Position numbers and translations under genes: made by a program. Shown one piece after another: positions 58,974 through 64,000 of a stretch of 64,000 nucleotides of DNA (position 1 is its first letter; each line of letters begins with the position of its first letter). The notes beneath the pieces were generated by a model. The model was not told where the DNA came from. It did not search any database and saw only the letters and a list, made by a program, of their open reading frames with translations. This stretch comes from Planktothrix sp. GU0601_MAG3 (GTDB lineage: Bacteria; Cyanobacteriota; Cyanobacteriia; Cyanobacteriales; Microcoleaceae), in NCBI GenBank assembly GCA_035193785.1, contig CP136572.1, forward strand, positions 2,932,578 to 2,996,577, read 5' to 3'.

Positions 58974-59789
58974 ATGACGACCTTAATTCACCCCACTGCT
59001 GTAATTCATCCTGGTGCAGAACTCCATCCGACGGTTCAAGTTGGTGCTTATGCCGTGATTGGGGAATATGTTAAGGTCGGTGCGGATACGGTAATTGATT
59101 CCCATGTTGTGATTCATGGCCGCACGGAAATTGGCGATCGCAATCAAATTTTTCCCGGGGCGGTGATTGGTTCCGAACCTCAAGATCTCAAATATGATGG
59201 TTCTTTAAGTTTAGTGAAAATTGGTCACGACAATCTGATTCGGGAATATGTCACGATTAATCGGGCCACCAATGCCGGGGACGCGACGATTATTGGGAAT
59301 CAAAATCTATTGATGGCCTATGTTCATGTTGCCCATAATTGCGTGATTGAAGATCAGGTGGTAATTGCCAATTCCGTCGCCTTAGCAGGTCATGTTTATA
59401 TTGAATCAAAAGCTCGATTAAGTGGGGTTTTAGGGGTACATCAATTCGTGCATATTGGGCAATTAGCTATGATTGGCGGGATGACCCGAATTGATCGAGA
59501 TGTGCCTCCGTTTGTGTTAGTTGAGGGGAATCCTTCTCGGGTGCGATCGCTTAATTTAGTCGGGTTAAAACGGGCTGGATTTAGTTCGGAGGATTTTTCT
59601 TTATTAAAGAAAGCCTTTCGCTTATTATATCGTTCTGAATATTCTTTTACCCAAGGATTAGAACAGTTAGATTTATTACCTGATCACGCGGCAATTCAAC
59701 ATTTACGCCAGTTTATTAAACGTTCTCAAACCGATCCCGGACGTCGGGGAATGACTCCCGGGGGAAAACGCAAAACCACGGAAGATTAA
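58974..59789 (+). CDS. lpxA: UDP-N-acetylglucosamine acyltransferase
   Basis: IHPTAVIHPGA; PQDLKY; IREYVTINRAT; HVAHNC; LAGHV; VHQF. Confidence 0.96.
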   Translation: MTTLIHPTAVIHPGAELHPTVQVGAYAVIGEYVKVGADTVIDSHVVIHGRTEIGDRNQIFPGAVIGSEPQDLKYDGSLSLVKIGHDNLIREYVTINRATNAGDATIIGNQNLLMAYVHVAHNCVIEDQVVIANSVALAGHVYIESKARLSGVLGVHQFVHIGQLAMIGGMTRIDRDVPPFVLVEGNPSRVRSLNLVGLKRAGFSSEDFSLLKKAFRLLYRSEYSFTQGLEQLDLLPDHAAIQHLRQFIKRSQTDPGRRGMTPGGKRKTTED

Positions 59790-59892
59790 GCAGGATTTTA
59801 GATGATTTTGGGGGGTGAATGATTGATGGTCATGGATTTAAAAACACTCTATATACCCTGGAGCAATTACTTGATATTAATTGGTTTCCGGT

Positions 59893-61287
59893 TTAGATTT
59901 TATTGACAAAGTGATCCTGTAATAAACGGTTAATAAAACGATAGCGATCATCGGTTCTTTGTAATAATAATTTATCCGTAGCATCATTCAAAAACCGTTG
60001 ATAATTCCAAGGAATATTGCCATCTTTCCAAAGAATCCATCGGATGACAAATTGTTCTATCTTTTGCCTAAAACCAGATTTTTCTAATAAAAATGCCCAT
60101 AATAATCCCAATCCTATTCCGGTAATTAATAGCAAATTTATTTTAGTAATAATTCCCGCAATAATTATCCCGATCACGATCACCCAAATTAAACCTAAAA
60201 TTAACTTTAATATCAATTTGTAACGGGGTTTTTGTTGATTTTCATCTAACCAATGAATCGGTATTTTTTTAACTGAAAATTCTGTGACTTCATCGGCTTT
60301 AAGTCGAGTTGCTAACCATCCTAACCATCGTCTAAAACCTTCTGATTTAGGAGCTTTTCCCGGGAGATATTGGGATTTATGAATATCCTGATTTAGTTGA
60401 CGACGAATATAGGCATTAAATAAATAATCACGTTGTTCCTCAAAGGAATTAAGATGTTTCCAAGACATGATTAAAATTTCTTCATAAGCTAAGGTCATCA
60501 TAGTTAAATATAGCGGTATTTTCGCTAAATTTAATAAGGGTTTATCCGTTTCAATATTCTGCCAAAGTTCTCGACTGCGAGAATTAATCAAATAATCTTG
60601 AATTTGTGGAATCGTTAGGGGACGTAAAAAAATAGCCCCATTCAAATCTAAGCGTTCTGGAAGTTTTTGATAATTAATAATATTAGCACAAATCACCAAA
60701 TGCAGAGGCGAAATATCCCCATTCACAAGCTGATTAATTTGTCTAACACATTCAACCTGTCTATTTAAAGAAAGTTGATCCAATCCATCTATTAACGGTA
60801 AAATTTGAAGCTGTTGTATCCAATTTTGCCCCACGGAAATAGAAATTTCATACTTAATATAAAGTTGTTCTAAAATCCAATCTATTATCGGTTGAGCGGG
60901 ATTCTTCCAAGTTGATAAATCCAGTAAAACCGGGATAGGTTCCTCCATATCGGTTTGAGCGCGACTAACTAATACTTTAGTTAATCCGATCAAGGTTGTT
61001 GTTTTTCCCGAACCGGTCGCACCTAAAATTAATAATCTGCCATTTAAACGATCAAAAACCTGAATAATTCCCGTATCATTTGTTAAACGAACACTCGGAT
61101 GATGACTTACTTTTAATTCCACATCCCAGATGCGTCGCATTTTTAATGGGGGCGTTTCTTGAGCCAAATAAGTTAGTACCGCTCGATGTAACGATTGTAA
61201 GCGATACTGTCTCACTTCATTTTGGACTTGAAGCAATAATTTTTGACGATTGTGTAATTGAATCTGGGAAGCAGTCAATTGTGGCAT
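59893..61287 (-). CDS. NACHT-domain NTPase with C-terminal transmembrane helices (ORF can extend upstream to 61356)
   Basis: LLILGATGSGKTTTL (Walker A); LPLIDGLDQL (Walker B); IPWNYQRFLNDA..LLQR..YRFINRLLQDHF. Confidence 0.82.
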   Translation of the reverse strand: MPQLTASQIQLHNRQKLLLQVQNEVRQYRLQSLHRAVLTYLAQETPPLKMRRIWDVELKVSHHPSVRLTNDTGIIQVFDRLNGRLLILGATGSGKTTTLIGLTKVLVSRAQTDMEEPIPVLLDLSTWKNPAQPIIDWILEQLYIKYEISISVGQNWIQQLQILPLIDGLDQLSLNRQVECVRQINQLVNGDISPLHLVICANIINYQKLPERLDLNGAIFLRPLTIPQIQDYLINSRSRELWQNIETDKPLLNLAKIPLYLTMMTLAYEEILIMSWKHLNSFEEQRDYLFNAYIRRQLNQDIHKSQYLPGKAPKSEGFRRWLGWLATRLKADEVTEFSVKKIPIHWLDENQQKPRYKLILKLILGLIWVIVIGIIIAGIITKINLLLITGIGLGLLWAFLLEKSGFRQKIEQFVIRWILWKDGNIPWNYQRFLNDATDKLLLQRTDDRYRFINRLLQDHFVNKI

Positions 61288-61440
61288 TGAAGATTTAGAA
61301 TGAGTGAAAAACCGTAATCTACCCGTTTCCGTGAAAATATCACCAGTATATAGCAATCCTAAATTCTCTGCAAAAAAAACCGTAGGAATTTTGTCTTCAA
61401 ACCCCTACAATAAAACAGTCTAAAGCTGTATAAGTAGTCT

Positions 61441-61496
61441 GGACAGGCCCTTCGACAAAGCTCAGGACAGGCCCTTCGACAAGGCTCAGGACAGGC
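61441..61496. repeat. 24-bp tandem repeat (GGACAGGCCCTTCGACAARGCTCA) x2.3
   Basis: Read directly; a single inverted copy lies at 38233-38256. Confidence 0.8.
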
Positions 61497-61518
61497 ATTT
61501 GATCATTGATTTAAACAG

Positions 61519-62572
61519 ATGGAAATGGATATTTCACAACCGCCAATTTTAAACACTCCAGAATCTCAATATGGAGATTTGATTTTTGATTCCCACACCT
61601 TAGCTATTTCAATTGTTGTACCTGTTTACAATGAAGTAGAAAGTTTACCCCGATTGATCGAAGCGATTGATACAAATATGGCCTATTTGGGTTTAACTTA
61701 TGAATTGATCTGTGTCGATGATGGGTCAAGCGATGGGTCAACAGAAACTCCTGAAACAGCAAGCCGCAATTAATCCCCATCTCAAAGCCATCCTTCTCCG
61801 GCGCAATTATGGTCAGACCGCAGCCATGGCGGCGGGGTTTAAGCATTCCCAGGGTCAGGTGATTATTACCCTAGATGGCGATTTACAAAACGATCCCCAG
61901 GATATTGCACTCCTGCTGAGGGAATTGGGTAAGGGGTATGATGTGGTCAGTGGTTGGCGGAAAAATCGACAAGATGCCAAATTTAGCCGATTACTTCCCT
62001 CCCGAATGGCTAACTGGCTGATTAGCAAAATGACCGGGGTGCAGTTACATGACTATGGGTGTTCCCTCAAGGCCTACCGGACGGAATTGGTCGCCGATAT
62101 GAATCTCTATGGAGAATTACACCGATTTTTACCCGCTTTAGCATTTATTGAGGGGGCAAAAATTACCGAAATTCCGGTTAACCATCATGCTCGTCGTTTT
62201 GGTCAGAGTAAGTATGGTTTAGATCGCACTTTCCGAGTCGTGATGGATCTGTTAACCATTTCTTTTATCAAAAAATTCCTAACTCGACCCATGCACGTTT
62301 TTGGTCTGTTAGGAATATTAGCCTTTGCGATTGGAATGGTTGTGGGTGCTTATTTGAGTTTTATTCGCCTGGTCTGGGGCCAAGAGATTGCCGATCGTCC
62401 CTTACTCACCCTAGCGGTGCTTATGACCCTGACCGGAATTCAACTTTTTTGCTTTGGTCTATTGGCGGAACTCTCAATGCGAACCTATCACGAATCCCAA
62501 GATCGGCCGATCTATCGAGTTCGGGAAGTGATCGAAGCTAACGGTAACAAAAATAACTCAAAAACCCATTAA
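61519..62572 (+). CDS. GT2 polyprenol-phosphate glycosyltransferase, GtrB/ArnC-like (apparent frameshift at 61744-61748)
   Basis: ISIVVPVYNE; VDDGSSDGST; RRNYGQTAAM; LDGDLQNDP; LHDYGCSLKAY; GELHRF; two C-terminal TMs. Confidence 0.9.
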
Positions 62573-62973
62573 TCCTCTAAACTGCGGATGGCACTGTTGA
62601 CGGGAAAGACTTTGCACATCATATATTCGGGGTGAAAAGTTGAGGACGGGTGACAAACTAACGAGGAGGACGGAGTTTCCACAGGATTGTTTTGAGGTTG
62701 AATACACACAGCCACCTGTCCAACTCCAATCATTAAGGTTTGGATTCCTTCAAGAATTTGATCAAGATCCGCCAATAATGTTTCCGCCAGAAATAAGGAA
62801 GGGGTAACAATAAAAAAGGTTTTGACTCCGGTGGGACTAGGAGCAAAACCAAAGCTACACTCAGAAAGTTGAGACTGGTTTGAAGCAGGGAGGGCGTCAC
62901 AGAAACGTTTAATTAACGCCTGATGCAAAGATTGACTTAGCGCACGATCATCAGATATCGGTTGGGGTAACAT
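62569..62973 (-). CDS. Hypothetical cyanobacterial protein
   Basis: 134-aa ATG ORF with an AGGA-like RBS upstream; no recognised motif. Confidence 0.6.
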   Translation of the reverse strand: MLPQPISDDRALSQSLHQALIKRFCDALPASNQSQLSECSFGFAPSPTGVKTFFIVTPSLFLAETLLADLDQILEGIQTLMIGVGQVAVCIQPQNNPVETPSSSLVCHPSSTFHPEYMMCKVFPVNSAIRSLED

Positions 62974-62990
62974 GATTCGTCCTTACCAAA

Positions 62991-63149
62991 AAATTCGGTA
63001 TAAAGCTCCGTCTTTTGGGGAAGCAGGGGGGCAGGGGGAGCAGGGGGGCAGGGGGGCAGGGGGAGCGTCCTCGCTTGCGGAATATCACCCATTACCTAAA
63101 ACCCATTACCTAAAACCCATTACCTAAAACCCACTTACGACGGCTTTTT
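62991..63149. mobile_element. Possible IS200/IS605-type end hairpin remnant interrupted by STRR arrays
   Basis: aaattcggtataaagctccgtc ... tacgacggcttttt are complementary arms around (GGGGGCA)n and (ACCCATTACCTAAA)x3. Confidence 0.4.
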
Positions 63150-63285
63150 AAGATTTACCTATTATTTACTATACCCCCTAGTTTAACATTAACTAATTTT
63201 CCATTGGTTTAAATTTTTAATCAGATTCATAAGCAAACCCCGGGGTAATTTCAGCAATTCCCCCTATAACCAGCAGACCTAACAA

Positions 63286-63483
63286 TTAATTGCGGATGCT
63301 TTCCACCGGGGTATCAATCGTTTTAGCTTTTTTAAAGGTCAATAATCCTAACCCAGCCAAAACTAAACCCAAAATTGCCACCACCACAATAAAGATTTTT
63401 TTGGTTTTCATCGTTGCTGCTTCGTATTGCAACAACATTTCCTGTTTAATTTTTTTCTCTTGTTCCGAAGGTTCTGGATTCAT
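63286..63483 (-). CDS. Small single-pass membrane protein
   Basis: 65 aa with one hydrophobic helix IFIVVVAILGLVLAGLGLLTF; lies downstream of leuA on the same strand. Confidence 0.55.
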   Translation of the reverse strand: MNPEPSEQEKKIKQEMLLQYEAATMKTKKIFIVVVAILGLVLAGLGLLTFKKAKTIDTPVESIRN

Positions 63484-63544
63484 TAAATTTAGGATTATGG
63501 GTTGAAAGTTGACGGTTAAATATTAACCGCCAACTTCCTTCTAA

Positions 63545-64000
63545 TTAATTCACCGAACTTTGTACAATCTCTTGAGACGGTTGCACACTCTGGGTCTGCA
63601 TGGAAGCAAACAAACGATTCAGGGCATTCAAATAGGCCTGGGCCGAGGCCACAATAATATCGGTATTAGCCGCATGACCGGAAAACACCCGGTCTTGATG
63701 ACGTAACCGAATCGTCACCTCTCCAATGGCATCAATTCCCGCCGTCACCGACTGCACAGAAAACTCAATTAACTCATTGGGTACATGGGTAACTCGGTTA
63801 ATCGCCTGATACACCGCATCCACCGGGCCAGTCCCAATCGCGGCATCGGTTAATTCCTGACCATCGGGGGTGCGGACTGTAACCGTGGCCGTGGGGCGGG
63901 CTTGATTTCCACAGGACACCTGGACAAATTCCAAATGGAATAATTCCGGGGTCTGTTGAATTTCATCCTTAACAATGGCTTCCAAATCCCAATCGGTGAT
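63545..64000 (-). CDS. leuA: 2-isopropylmalate synthase, C-terminal regulatory domain (gene continues beyond the window)
   Basis: [64 protein letters not shown]. Confidence 0.93.
   Translation of the reverse strand: MTDWDLEAIVKDEIQQTPELFHLEFVQVSCGNQARPTATVTVRTPDGQELTDAAIGTGPVDAVYQAINRVTHVPNELIEFSVQSVTAGIDAIGEVTIRLRHQDRVFSGHAANTDIIVASAQAYLNALNRLFASMQTQSVQPSQEIVQSSVN

Noticed and set aside
3311..59550. Abundant GCGATCGC octamers (roughly 30 by eye)
   Set aside because: HIP1, a well-known cyanobacterial feature
99..62572. Mass pseudogenisation or programmed frameshifting of about 23 genes
   Set aside because: Core genes are hit, there are no in-frame stops or other decay, and every break is the same 1-bp insertion in GAAC/GTTC on either strand, which points to a systematic sequencing error
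951..63505. Numerous short (60-120 aa) antisense or nested ORFs in the ORF track
   Set aside because: They overlap well-supported genes on the other strand or in another frame and lack recognisable motifs

Overview
64 kb of chromosome from a filamentous cyanobacterium (Oscillatoriales, most likely Planktothrix; inferred from gene content, HIP1 GCGATCGC abundance and heptamer STRR arrays). From left to right: a HlyD adaptor; a dTDP-rhamnose/glycosyltransferase cluster; secreted RTX and CAP proteins; nadE; the beta-carboxysome operon ccmK2K1LMNO, divergent from ndhF4-ndhD4-cupB; a defence islet (MmeI-like R-M enzyme, VapBC-like pair, Uma2); lepB, crtR, pyk and ndhH; an ABC-ATPase/small nuclease-like gene pair; rsmH; c-di-GMP and two-component genes; trpB; rnd; a 96-bp terminator-bearing tandem array behind tRNA-Ser(TGA); nadA; pentapeptide-repeat proteins; CBS-CP12; a kinase lacking its catalytic domain; lpxC-fabZ-lpxA; a NACHT protein; and the 3' end of leuA. 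The strongest signal is window-wide. All 27 apparent frameshifts I could localise, many in core genes, are repaired by deleting one base that converts GAAAC/GTTTC back to GAAC/GTTC. These are therefore very probably motif-specific sequencing errors, not pseudogenes. GAAC/GTTC is the canonical Dnd DNA-phosphorothioation motif, so the errors may be an epigenetic footprint. Frameshifted genes are reported as single repaired CDSs. All family calls come from motif recognition; no database search was run.
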